Below, in pieces: positions 1 through 9,481 of a stretch of 64,000 nt of DNA. A model generated the notes under the pieces. The model searched no databases and had not been told where the DNA came from. It worked only from the letters and a program-made list of their open reading frames with translations. The stretch's first letter is position 1. Every line of letters starts with the position of its first letter. Origin of the DNA: Candidatus Woesearchaeota archaeon. GTDB lineage: Archaea; Nanobdellota; Nanobdellia; Pacearchaeales; GW2011-AR1. The position numbers and the translations under genes were made by a program. The DNA lies in NCBI GenBank assembly GCA_964534185.1, contig CAZHOH010000005.1, forward strand, positions 7,777-71,776, given 5' to 3'.

Positions 1-3000
1 GCAATATTCCCAGCTTCATCAACACACTTAACTTTAACATTATGTTCTCCAGCACTCATTGAATTCAAAACCTGTTTATGTGAATTTGCATTTGTATCAT
101 AAAACTGAATAAACAAACCATCATCTAAACTATATTCACAAACAGCCTCGCCACTATAACCTCCTCCACTTGTTCCAACTTCTATATCAACACTTATCGG
201 CTCTTCACCAGCAGTAATTGTTCCTTCAGGACTTATTGAATCAACAACCAATTCACTCCCACTCCTTTCCAAATTATACTCATAATAACTTCCTTCTTTA
301 GCTCCAAAATTTCTTTCTTCCCCATCTTTGCCAGTCCCTTCACCAAACCAAGGCTGATCCCGACACAAGAAATAATAATTATTCTCATCATTTTCAACAC
401 TCAAAGTAGAACTGCACTCATAACCAATTAAACTCCCTTGATTCAAACTCGTATCACAATCCATACTATTTCTTAATTTGTTATAACCCTCTAAACCAGT
501 TTCTGTCGGACGAACTGTGTCCCATCTGCACTCAGCAGGTTCATTAACATAAATCTTAACATCCTGCGAAGTAGCATTAAACGCAGTCTTTGCATTTTCA
601 GGCGGCGAAGTCGCAACAACAACTGGCAGGGTCAAATCAGGCCCTGGCTCAACACAAAAATTAACCCTATAATCATGATCCTGCGAATCCCCATTAATAT
701 TCGCACACTTCACATAAATATTCATATCAGCAAGAAGTTCTCCTAACTCTCCAGAAACTTGTTCATAAGTCTCATCATCAATTTCACTAAAGTCTCCAAC
801 CTCTCCTGCAATCAAACTATTAACACTTGGCAATTTAGTATATAATGTATGATTCTTAGAAAACCCTTTTGTCTCTAAAAAAGTTTCAGTCATTTCTTCA
901 AAAGGCTTGCTTTCAGTAGCCCATCTACAAGTTGCAAAGACATCAGTTTCAACACCAAATACAATCGGAGTAAATGCATCAATACACTCTCCATTTGAAT
1001 CCCTAACTCTAAATCCATTTGTACTTGCATCTGTATAACTAAACTTGCTCTTATTCAAAATATCTTCCCAAGGCGTAATAACTGGAATTGTATCTTCGCC
1101 TTCAATTGCAACACAAGTATCTTCACCAGTATTTTCTTTAATCAACTGGCATCCAGTTCCTAAACTAGAACACCTATACTCTGTACACGGTTTCAAAGGA
1201 TCTTCATTACAAGCTTCACACCCTTTCCCAAGAAGCCCACTCCCAGCAGGAGGTTGCCACGGCTTACACTCAAAATTAATTTCAACAGCTTCAATCTTAC
1301 CACAACCTGAAAAAGCAATTAAAGCCATCGTTACTACAAAAATCGCTAAAGATACAGGATCAAACATCAAAGGTCCAGCAGATAACAAAGGCAAACCAAA
1401 AGTTCCTGTAGAAGTGCCAATTGTCCCAAGTGTTAAAGTGCTACTTGCAAGCAATTGAGTTCCACCGGCTGTAAATACCATTGAACCTAAAGTTCCCCCC
1501 AATTGATTGCTACTAAACAAATCTCCAAATCTTCCACGTCCAACATCTCCAAGCCCCCCAGGAGTTACACTTGAAAAACTCCCACCAAACATTGCACTAA
1601 TTCCATGCAAAGGTAGTTCTAAAAGTCCAGACTCCTCATTAAAAAATCCTCCACTCGGAGCACTACTTCCAAGAAGTTTTGCAACAGCAATATAAAGTGG
1701 AAACAAAACAAACGGCTGAGGCGGAGTCTTACCATGATTCCCATCCTTGCTTACAGAAGCACCCCCCATCCCCGGGTTCCCTGCAATATTTGTATAAACT
1801 CCACAATCACCAAGAGAAGTACAAAGATTATTCATCTGTAAAGTAAAACCAGCCTCATGACAATTACAGTTTTCAACACATTCCCATTTACAAAATGGAG
1901 GTATCCCAAGCTTTTGCCAAATAGAAGTGCAAGTCTGACTTCCTATTCCACAGACTTCTGATGCCTGTGTCCCCCCTCCCAAACTCCCCGCCGCCTGCGA
2001 AGCAATATCTCCTAAACCTCCTCCTAAATCTCCCAAAGCATCCCCTGCAAAATCTCCCCCAAATCCTCCAGCTAATTGTCCCAACCCTGTCGTACTTCCT
2101 AAATCAAATCCTGGAGGATATTTTGGAACACAAGTTGCAAACCAAAAATCTTCATCAACATAAGTTGCTTGAACTCTGCAGTCAGGATTTGAAACACATC
2201 TAGGAATGCAATCAGCACCACAAGTCGCTTGAGTTCCTTGACTTCCACCTCCTGCAGCCCCTCCAGCCAAACCCCCAAGCCCACCACCATTCAAAGCAAG
2301 ACACTGCTCCCACATATTAACACGGCAAAGCGCCTCATCAACTTTTTCACCACTTTCTAAAGTCTTGTCATTCTGAACACAAACCTCTTTTCTATAATCA
2401 GCACACGGCTCAACTTTAACCTCTCCTTTATCACAAATATATCTAAAATGCCGACTCCCAACCAAATCAGTACTCATCAAACCAATTTCGCCATCCAAAC
2501 TAAATCCTCCCAACAACCCAGACAAAGCACCACCTCCTCCGTCCCCAGCAACACTCTCACGATTAGAACTATTAATAATTCCAGATAAAGGATTTGAAAA
2601 ACTACCTCCTAACAAACTTCCACTTCCAATCGGCCCATCAAAAACACACCACGACTCTCCATTCAATCTGTCAGTTTCTCCCCCACCATTATCAGGAGCA
2701 TCATAACAATTCAAATCTTTACAAACAAAATTCCCATAAGTAGGTTTTTTATCCTGCCCAGCTTTATACTCGCCACAAACACTTCCAAGATTATAATCAC
2801 AATTCCCACAACTTGCAGAATCAGCATTCGCAGAATTCGGATTGCAAGACTCGTCAGCATCTAAAACCATTCCGTCATTCCAGCTCCTGTCTTTATCAGA
2901 AGAATAAATATTCTCACGATTTCCACAAGAATCAAACCAATAAACTCCATCCAAATTCTCAACACAATTAGTAGTCTCCTGCTTTTCACAAATAGTATTC

Positions 3001-3713
3001 AGCTCAGGGTTTGAACATAAATAATCCTCATAAAAATCACCTTCAATACTCCCTTCACACTCGCTCTTTGTCGTAAACTTGCACAAATTCCCTTCTTCAT
3101 CTCCTCCAAAAACACAAGCCCCTTTTGTCTCTTCTTCAAGAACTTCAACACAACTTAACTCATCTTCAATTCCTTCTTTAAAATCAAGGGGCAAACCCTG
3201 TCTTTGAGACAATATTTCAGCCCTTTTCTGAGTTACAAAATATGCATTACTTCCAACAACATAACAGCCTTTTTGACACTCGTTAACTTCACACAAGGGT
3301 GAATCAAAAAACTCACAATTCTCAGATTCGTCACATTCTCTTTCAGCAGTATTCGGAGTACAAAGTCCCTCACTTGTATCAAACCCACAACCCAAATTAC
3401 ATTGAGAAACTTGCGAACAAGAACTCGATAATAAATCTCCAGCACACTGCTCTTCATCTCCAGGTCCTAAATCAATACAGCTCGAACCAGCATTAGTCTC
3501 TAAACAACATTTCCCCTGCGAATTCAGAATCCCATCCAGACTTTGCGCAGAAACACTTGGAACAACACTAAAAAAATCCAAAACTTTTCTCAAATCAAAA
3601 TCATTTCTTTCATAACTATTTCCATAATCAATTTGCCCTACAAAAAAAGCAAAAGACACAATTCCCATTATCATAATAAAAATTTCAAAACCACAAATCT
3701 CTTTTTTTACCAT
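1..3713 (-). CDS. Giant Cys-rich membrane-anchored surface protein, N-terminal >1237 aa (ORF continues past the window start)
   Basis: Missing from the ORF track because no stop lies inside the window. I scanned every minus-strand codon in the frame of the ATG at 3713-3711 (MVKKEICGFEIFIMIMGIVSFAFFVGQIDYG...) and found no stop down to position 3 (ends ...SAGEHNVKVKCVDEAGNI). It has an N-terminal hydrophobic anchor, many Cys-rich modules, a long Gly-rich block and an internal hydrophobic segment. Confidence 0.8.
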   Translation of the reverse strand, partial: MVKKEICGFEIFIMIMGIVSFAFFVGQIDYGNSYERNDFDLRKVLDFFSVVPSVSAQSLDGILNSQGKCCLETNAGSSCIDLGPGDEEQCAGDLLSSSCSQVSQCNLGCGFDTSEGLCTPNTAERECDESENCEFFDSPLCEVNECQKGCYVVGSNAYFVTQKRAEILSQRQGLPLDFKEGIEDELSCVEVLEEETKGACVFGGDEEGNLCKFTTKSECEGSIEGDFYEDYLCSNPELNTICEKQETTNCVENLDGVYWFDSCGNRENIYSSDKDRSWNDGMVLDADESCNPNSANADSASCGNCDYNLGSVCGEYKAGQDKKPTYGNFVCKDLNCYDAPDNGGGETDRLNGESWCVFDGPIGSGSLLGGSFSNPLSGIINSSNRESVAGDGGGGALSGLLGGFSLDGEIGLMSTDLVGSRHFRYICDKGEVKVEPCADYRKEVCVQNDKTLESGEKVDEALCRVNMWEQCLALNGGGLGGLAGGAAGGGSQGTQATCGADCIPRCVSNPDCRVQATYVDEDFWFATCVPKYPPGFDLGSTTGLGQLAGGFGGDFAGDALGDLGGGLGDIASQAAGSLGGGTQASEVCGIGSQTCTSIWQKLGIPPFCKWECVENCNCHEAGFTLQMNNLCTSLGDCGVYTNIAGNPGMGGASVSKDGNHGKTPPQPFVLFPLYIAVAKLLGSSAPSGGFFNEESGLLELPLHGISAMFGGSFSSVTPGGLGDVGRGRFGDLFSSNQLGGTLGSMVFTAGGTQLLASSTLTLGTIGTSTGTFGLPLLSAGPLMFDPVSLAIFVVTMALIAFSGCGKIEAVEINFECKPWQPPAGSGLLGKGCEACNEDPLKPCTEYRCSSLGTGCQLIKENTGEDTCVAIEGEDTIPVITPWEDILNKSKFSYTDASTNGFRVRDSNGECIDAFTPIVFGVETDVFATCRWATESKPFEEMTETFLETKGFSKNHTLYTKLPSVNSLIAGEVGDFSEIDDETYEQVSGELGELLADMNIYVKCANINGDSQDHDYRVNFCVEPGPDLTLPVVVATSPPENAKTAFNATSQDVKIYVNEPAECRWDTVRPTETGLEGYNKLRNSMDCDTSLNQGSLIGYECSSTLSVENDENNYYFLCRDQPWFGEGTGKDGEERNFGAKEGSYYEYNLERSGSELVVDSISPEGTITAGEEPISVDIEVGTSGGGYSGEAVCEYSLDDGLFIQFYDTNANSHKQVLNSMSAGEHNVKVKCVDEAGNI

Positions 3714-4493
3714 TTAACTCGGCGTCGACAAAACGCAATTTCTAATTGCAAACTTCCAGCCCTTTTCACTAATTAAATCTTCAACAGTATAAATTTTTCT
3801 GTCATCACCTGTCTGAAATTTGTCAATATTCAAATTGCTGCCCCCCCTTTCAATCAAAACATAATCTGAATTACAATACGTAACTTCCTGCCTCACAATC
3901 TCCTGACTTGCAATCACTAGTTTATACAGCGGACTCCGAACACTCACATCAAAATTATCAAATCTACGAGGCTCATCACTTTTTTCAAAGTCAACTCTCC
4001 TGTCAATAAATATCTCAATATTCCCTTCAACTAAATTAACAGAAAATCCATTCAAAACTCCCAAATCAACATCATAGCCCCGACTATCCAATTCTTCTCT
4101 CAGATTTTCAAAACAATCTCCAATTTTAACTTCAATACTCTTTTCAATTTCTTTTTCAAAATGTTCAACTGTAATTGGTTCTAAAGGCGTGCACCGAGTA
4201 TTAACGCGCGAAGTATAACACCAATAAGGAATCAGCTCATACTCAAACTCCATCCCCAAAAACTCCTCTCCAATATACCCTCCATTATCAATAATAATAT
4301 CAACGCTTTCATCAACAGCCTGGCTTACACACTGCGAAATAAACCTATCTGCTTCTTCAGGATTAGACGGCTCAACATCCAAACCACTCCTATCATAAAG
4401 AACAAACAAAAGCCCAATTGAAACTACAACAAGAACTCCAAGAATAACAAAAATCGTAATCTGCCCTCTTTTATTTTTCATTTTACCGTCCAT
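3714..4493 (-). CDS. Class III signal peptide (archaeal type IV pilin-like) protein
   Basis: The N-terminus MDGKMKNKRGQITIFVILGVLVVVSIGLLFVLY has basic residues, then G-Q, then about 20 hydrophobic aa, which is the prepilin-like pattern. Its stop TAA directly abuts the ATG of the downstream giant ORF. Confidence 0.6.
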   Translation of the reverse strand: MDGKMKNKRGQITIFVILGVLVVVSIGLLFVLYDRSGLDVEPSNPEEADRFISQCVSQAVDESVDIIIDNGGYIGEEFLGMEFEYELIPYWCYTSRVNTRCTPLEPITVEHFEKEIEKSIEVKIGDCFENLREELDSRGYDVDLGVLNGFSVNLVEGNIEIFIDRRVDFEKSDEPRRFDNFDVSVRSPLYKLVIASQEIVRQEVTYCNSDYVLIERGGSNLNIDKFQTGDDRKIYTVEDLISEKGWKFAIRNCVLSTPS

Positions 4494-4672
4494 AAATTCA
4501 CCCCCGCCTTTTTTATTCTCTGAACTTTATCCTCCAATGCTAATTCTAACAAATATTTATCTGCAGTATTCCATGAAATATCAAATTTTTTAGCAATTTC
4601 AGAACTAGTAACAACTTTTTCCTTTTTTAAATACTCAAGCATTTTCATATGAATCTTCATACTTTTAACCAT
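4478..4672 (-). CDS. Small winged-helix DNA-binding protein
   Basis: 64 aa. ...VTSSEIAKKFDISWNTADKYLLELALEDKVQRIKKAGVNLW shows an HTH plus wing pattern. It overlaps the downstream pilin-like gene by 16 nt. Confidence 0.5.
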   Translation of the reverse strand: MVKSMKIHMKMLEYLKKEKVVTSSEIAKKFDISWNTADKYLLELALEDKVQRIKKAGVNLWTVK

Positions 4673-4800
4673 ATTGATATAAACCTAATTATGCCTACTA
4701 TTGGTCATATTATAATTAATATGTATTTAAATTTTGCCCAAAAGAGGAAAAATTTAAAATAAGAAAAACCCATATAATATATAATAAAAGAAAAAGTAAG

Positions 4801-4979
4801 ATGGTAAAAGAACAGACCGCCAATAGGATAGTTATATGTGTTATAGGGGTTTTATTGACCCTTTTTTGAATTATAGGAACAATCCCTGTTTCAAAAATAG
4901 AAATTATTTATGGTTGATATTAACTGCTGTCGCTGTAATCCTTGGAGTAATCTTAGTGGCTTGGTCATTTGGTGATTAA
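4801..4979 (+). pseudogene. Frameshifted small two-TM membrane protein gene (shift at the T6 run 4862-4867)
   Basis: ATG 4801 reads MVKEQTANRIVICVIGVLLTLF* (stop 4867-4869). The frame starting at 4857 continues DPFLNYRNNPCFKNRNYLWLILTAVAVILGVILVAWSFGD* (stop 4977-4979). Confidence 0.4.
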
Positions 4980-4981
4980 AA

Positions 4982-5247
4982 ATGGATGAAGAATTAAAAA
5001 TAAAAAATATTTTAGATTTACAATTTCAAAAATATTTGATTATTGCTTCAATTCAATTATAATCGATTTTACTTATTTTATTGGAGTAGGGATAGCTATC
5101 TTAACAAATCAAATAAATTTGAATGATTTTATTAGTATTGGAATATTAATTGCCATTTCTTTCGGAGTTTTAGGCATTTTTTCAGCACTATTTATTAACT
5201 CTATATTCCATATAAAAAATATCCCAAGATTAGTTAAGACCCTCTAA
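4982..5247 (+). pseudogene. Frameshifted small membrane protein gene
   Basis: ATG 4982 reads MDEELKIKNILDLQFQKYLIIASIQL* (stop 5060-5062). The frame from 5056 continues IIIDFTYFIGVGIAILTNQINLNDFISIGILIAISFGVLGIFSALFINSIFHIKNIPRLVKTL* (stop 5245-5247). Confidence 0.4.
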
Positions 5248-5262
5248 TTAAATAACAAAAGC

Positions 5263-5988
5263 TCAGTCCTCATTCTCGACTCTTGGAGCAAGAATAAATG
5301 CCAGCTCCAATCCCTCACGCTTAAACTCAAGCTTTAAAGGATGGTCACTTGAAAAATTAATATAAATCTTATCAGCAATTTTACTCGCCTTAACAAATTT
5401 CTGCAAATACTCCAGACTGTACTTTGCTTTTGAATCACCAGAAATAATTTTAACCTCATCACTTGAAAACTCTGCCTTAGCAGAATTTAATCCAGAAGCT
5501 TCAACACTAAAATTATCTTTAGAAGCACTAAAAGTGCATGAGTCAGAAACAATTAGGCAGTCTTCAATAGCATCAACAAAATCCGAGGGGTTTATCTGAA
5601 TTTGCGATAAAAATTCTAACTGCGGCGGTTCTTTATCCTCACTATCAACTTCAATCAAGGCAAGTGAAAAAGTCCTCTTAATCTTATCAATAATAGAAAT
5701 ATTCAGGGCTGCCTCCTCACTCTCCAAAATCAAACTGCTCCCAGGCTTTGCCCTTCTTAAAATCGCCTTCAGATTATCTAAATTAACTCCCACAATTTCA
5801 TTCCCTGCTTCATACTCTGCAAAAGAATTTTTTGGCAGCTGAAAAACCACTAAAGAAACATTTGCAGGATCAATTGCCACAATACTCAACCCATTATCAT
5901 TAAACCTAAGTTTAACTTCAGTTACAAGTTCAGAAATTATTGAAACAACATCTGAAAAAACTTTAGGATTATCAAACTTCGCCCTCAT
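5263..5988 (-). CDS. pcn: DNA polymerase sliding clamp PCNA
   Basis: 241 aa, the typical archaeal PCNA length, with the expected N-terminal pattern MRAKFDNPKVFSDVVSIISELVTEVKLRFNDNGLSIVAIDPANVSLVVFQL and a two-domain layout. Confidence 0.85.
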   Translation of the reverse strand: MRAKFDNPKVFSDVVSIISELVTEVKLRFNDNGLSIVAIDPANVSLVVFQLPKNSFAEYEAGNEIVGVNLDNLKAILRRAKPGSSLILESEEAALNISIIDKIKRTFSLALIEVDSEDKEPPQLEFLSQIQINPSDFVDAIEDCLIVSDSCTFSASKDNFSVEASGLNSAKAEFSSDEVKIISGDSKAKYSLEYLQKFVKASKIADKIYINFSSDHPLKLEFKREGLELAFILAPRVENED

Positions 5989-6072
5989 ACTTCATAAACA
6001 CCCGCCGAGCTTTTAAGTTTTGTCGTGTTGTATTTACTAAATGTATTTAAAATAGTTTCAACAAATTCTCCT

Positions 6073-7593
6073 ATGGAAAAAGAGGAGAAAATCCGAGCCA
6101 TAGCACTATCTTATTATTCAAGGAAAGACGTCCTAAATGCAATGTTTAATTTCTCAGAAGACCGCGAAGTTTCGCCAAGATATTTCGAAGGATTTGGCAA
6201 ACGTCCAGACTCCCTCCAATACCCCTCAGACATTCTGGCATTAGTAAAACGCGGAGCAACAAGTTTTCATTGCAGTGAAGAACTCTGGAACAACCCCTTA
6301 GAAATTCAAACAGGAATGGTAGAACAAGAACTAAACGAACTAAGAAAAGGATGGGACTTGGTAATAGATATAGACTGTAAATGGATATACTACAGCAAAA
6401 AAGCAGCAATCTCAATAATCGATACTTTAGATTCCTTAGGTGTAAAAAACATTGGAATAAAATTCAGCGGAAGCAAGGGGTTCCACATATTAGTTCCTTG
6501 GAAAGCATTTCCAGAAACGATGTATGGTAAAAAAACAAAAGACATGTTCCCAGAATGGCCAAGGGCAATAGTCTCATACTTAAAAGAAAAATCAGCAATA
6601 AGACTTTCTGAATTAATTAAAGATACAGAAAGCGATTTCAAAAACCTAAAAGAATTTAGTGGAACAAAATGCAAAACCTGCAGTAATTTAGTAGATAAAC
6701 ATTTTCAAATAACCGTAAGATGTGACAAATGTTCCCCACCCCACATTGAGACTTTCTCAGTCCCTGAAAAAAACTATAAGCCAAGGAAATGTCCTGTTCA
6801 CAGAAAACACGAAATGTATGAAGTTACAAAACAAGAATTCCATTTCTGTTCAAACTGCAGGATAAGTTCATTAAAAGAACCAGATAACTTCATCCAAGAC
6901 TCAACAAATCTTTTCGGAGTTTTAGGATTAGATGTTCTACTCGTGTCATCAAGACACCTATTCAGAATGCCATACTCTCTCCATGAAAAAACATCTTTAT
7001 CAAGTATTGTCTTAGATAAAAATCAAGTCGAAGATTTTGAAATAAAAGACGCAGACCCTTTAAACATTAAAATAAGGGAATTCATGCCAAATCCAGAAAA
7101 AAATGAAGCAGAAAAACTTTTATTCGAAGCAATTGACTGGCATGAAACAAATGAAAAAAAAGAAGAAAAACCAGAATACAAAGAAGCTCATAAAAACAAA
7201 CAATTCACAAAACTAGAGCCTTCAAAAATAACAGAAGAAATTTATCCTCCTCCAATTCAAAAAATGCTAAAAGGCATGGCCGACGGCAGAAAGCGCGCCT
7301 TATTCATATTGATAAATTTTTTCCGTTCAATCGGATATTCTTTAGAAGAAGTAGAAAAAAAATTAAACGACTGGAACAAAAAAAACAACCCTCCCATAAA
7401 ACAAGGATATATTAATGCACAAATCATGTGGCATTCAAAAAATAAACCAGTCCTCCCACCAAACTTCAACAATGAAATTTACAAAGCAATTGGAGTTTAC
7501 GAAATGGACCAGCTTGCACTAAAAGTAAAAAATCCAATTAACTATGTTATTGCAAAATTAAAATCTCCAAACAAATCAAGAAAAAAATTCTAA
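6073..7593 (+). CDS. priS: DNA primase: PriS catalytic domain fused to a PriL-CTD-like helical domain
   Basis: Catalytic motifs DLVIDIDC and SGSKGFHILVPW, plus a Cys-rich Zn insert (CKTCSN...CDKCSPPH...CPVH...CSNC). The C-terminal YPPPIQKMLKGMADGRKRALFILINFFRSIGYSLEEVEKKLNDW resembles the PriL C-terminal domain signature. The track start 6025 is a GTG; ATG 6073 sits about 25 nt after the TATA-like tatttaaaata. Confidence 0.8.
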   Translation: MEKEEKIRAIALSYYSRKDVLNAMFNFSEDREVSPRYFEGFGKRPDSLQYPSDILALVKRGATSFHCSEELWNNPLEIQTGMVEQELNELRKGWDLVIDIDCKWIYYSKKAAISIIDTLDSLGVKNIGIKFSGSKGFHILVPWKAFPETMYGKKTKDMFPEWPRAIVSYLKEKSAIRLSELIKDTESDFKNLKEFSGTKCKTCSNLVDKHFQITVRCDKCSPPHIETFSVPEKNYKPRKCPVHRKHEMYEVTKQEFHFCSNCRISSLKEPDNFIQDSTNLFGVLGLDVLLVSSRHLFRMPYSLHEKTSLSSIVLDKNQVEDFEIKDADPLNIKIREFMPNPEKNEAEKLLFEAIDWHETNEKKEEKPEYKEAHKNKQFTKLEPSKITEEIYPPPIQKMLKGMADGRKRALFILINFFRSIGYSLEEVEKKLNDWNKKNNPPIKQGYINAQIMWHSKNKPVLPPNFNNEIYKAIGVYEMDQLALKVKNPINYVIAKLKSPNKSRKKF

Positions 7594-7627
7594 CAAACTT
7601 TTTAAACTCGTTATCCTTATAAAAATA

Positions 7628-9463
7628 ATGGGAAAAAGAGGTAGAACAATTTTATTTATATTGCTAATTTTAATCTCTCTAAATTTCGTTATTGCACAAA
7701 CCTCTGATGCCGAAGACTCAACAAATTCAGTTGACCAGGCATACTTATGTTTAGAAGACCAGATAGGAGATTCTTGTGGAAACTTAAATGATTTAGAGCA
7801 AATCTTTTCAGTTCTTGCATTAGGAGACTATCAAGATTGCATTAATACTTTATTAGAAAACGCCCGAGATGATGAATGCTGGCCAGGTTCAGGATGCAGA
7901 TTAAAAGAAACTGCCCTTGCGTCACTTGCCTTAGACCGTTCAGGAGAATTAACAGAAGTGCAGGAATCCTGGCTATTAAATCAAACAAAATCAGTCTCAG
8001 AATTAACATGGCTTTTGCAGATAGAATCTGAATCAGAATCAACCTGCACAATAAGCACAGGTTCAGGCTCAAATTCAATAACCATAAACAAAGACAAAAC
8101 TTTGAGTTCAGGAGCAGGCTCATGTCTTCCACTATATTCAAACGGCTACTGGCTCCAGATAGACTCAAGATGCCTTGATAATGAATTCACAATATCCTGC
8201 GACCAAGACTTCTCAACAACTTTATTATACAAAACTCAAGACTCTTCAACAATCCATGTTTCTCCAAATATAAATTCAGCAGCTGCAAATGGACAGACAA
8301 CAAAAGAAGTAACTTACAAATGTTTTGAACAAGGAACAGTTTGCGACTATGAAGGAAGCCTGTGGGCAGCAATGACTCTTGATGCATTAGGACACGACGT
8401 ATCAGACTACCTCCCTTATTTGATTGCTTTCAAAGATTCAAATCAACAATATTTCCCAGAAGCTTTCTTATATCAAATAATTGCTTCAGACGAATATTTA
8501 ACTCCTTTATTACAAGACAACTTTAGAAACAATTTGTGGCAGGTAGGAACTTACAACAGATATTACAGCACAGCTTTAGCATTTTTATCTCTGCGAGGAC
8601 AAACTCCTTTGGAAGTTGAAACAGCAAAAGATTATTTGCTCACAGAAGCACAGGATGACACCGGCTGTTGGAACAATAATAATTTAAGAGACACAGCATT
8701 CTTACTTTATTCAGGCTGGCCAAGAAACATTCAGTCTCCAAGCCAGCCACCTCCAGCAGATTCAGAAGATTGCGAACTATCAGGAAATTATTGTCTAAGC
8801 CGTTCAGAATGTAATGCAGCAGCAGGAGTAAGTTTAGACTTTGAAGGTTGCACAAGTCTGCAGGTTTGCTGTTCAGAATCCTTATTAACATGTTCAGCAC
8901 AAGGAGGAACAATTTGTGACACAGGAGAAAAATGTGACGGACAAATAGCTTCAAGCTCTGATTTTGGAACTTGCTGTCTTGACTCGTGTGTTATTGACGA
9001 CACCCCGAGAACTGGAGACGACGAATTGACTTGTGGAGTGCAAGGAAATGAAGGAACTTGTAAATCTTTTTGTGGAGACAATGAACAAGAAGATGTATTT
9101 TTAACATGTTCAGCAGGACAAGTATGTTGTGTTGAAGAAGACTCTCCAAACACAATCTGGTGGATTGTCCTATTACTAATATTAATAATCTTAGTTGTTC
9201 TTGCAATTATCTTCAGAAAAAAACTAAAACTACTCTTTTTCAAATTCAAAAGTAAATTCAGAAAAGGTCCTGCGCCAAACCAAACCCGTCCTCCCGGATA
9301 CCCTCCACACCAAGGAGGTCCAGGAAGACCAATGCCTCCGCGACAATTCACCCCGCCTCCAGGCTTAATGCCCCCTACAAGACGCCCACTTCCTCCAAGA
9401 AATTCTCCTCAAGACAAACAATTTGATGAAACTCTTAAAAAATTAAGAGACATGAGAAAGTAA
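7628..9463 (+). CDS. Surface protein: alpha/alpha-toroid-like repeats, Cys-rich stalk, C-terminal TM and Pro-rich cytoplasmic tail
   Basis: Signal/anchor ILFILLILISLNFVIAQT. Repeats CWPGSGCRLKETALASLAL, GSLWAAMTLDALG, YYSTALAFLSL and CWNNNNLRDTAFLLYSGW are reminiscent of prenyltransferase/terpene-cyclase-type repeats. TM is IWWIVLLLILIILVVLAIIF; tail is PGYPPHQGGPGRPMPPRQFTPPPGLMPPTRRPLPPR. Confidence 0.4.
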   Translation: MGKRGRTILFILLILISLNFVIAQTSDAEDSTNSVDQAYLCLEDQIGDSCGNLNDLEQIFSVLALGDYQDCINTLLENARDDECWPGSGCRLKETALASLALDRSGELTEVQESWLLNQTKSVSELTWLLQIESESESTCTISTGSGSNSITINKDKTLSSGAGSCLPLYSNGYWLQIDSRCLDNEFTISCDQDFSTTLLYKTQDSSTIHVSPNINSAAANGQTTKEVTYKCFEQGTVCDYEGSLWAAMTLDALGHDVSDYLPYLIAFKDSNQQYFPEAFLYQIIASDEYLTPLLQDNFRNNLWQVGTYNRYYSTALAFLSLRGQTPLEVETAKDYLLTEAQDDTGCWNNNNLRDTAFLLYSGWPRNIQSPSQPPPADSEDCELSGNYCLSRSECNAAAGVSLDFEGCTSLQVCCSESLLTCSAQGGTICDTGEKCDGQIASSSDFGTCCLDSCVIDDTPRTGDDELTCGVQGNEGTCKSFCGDNEQEDVFLTCSAGQVCCVEEDSPNTIWWIVLLLILIILVVLAIIFRKKLKLLFFKFKSKFRKGPAPNQTRPPGYPPHQGGPGRPMPPRQFTPPPGLMPPTRRPLPPRNSPQDKQFDETLKKLRDMRK

Positions 9464-9481
9464 ATCTTTAATTATTTAATC

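Noticed and set aside
1045-2290. Plus-strand ORFs 1045-1458, 1507-1695 and 1961-2203, and minus-strand ORF 2099-2290
   Set aside because: They are low-complexity shadow frames of the continuous giant minus-strand ORF (1-3713). Several use non-ATG starts.
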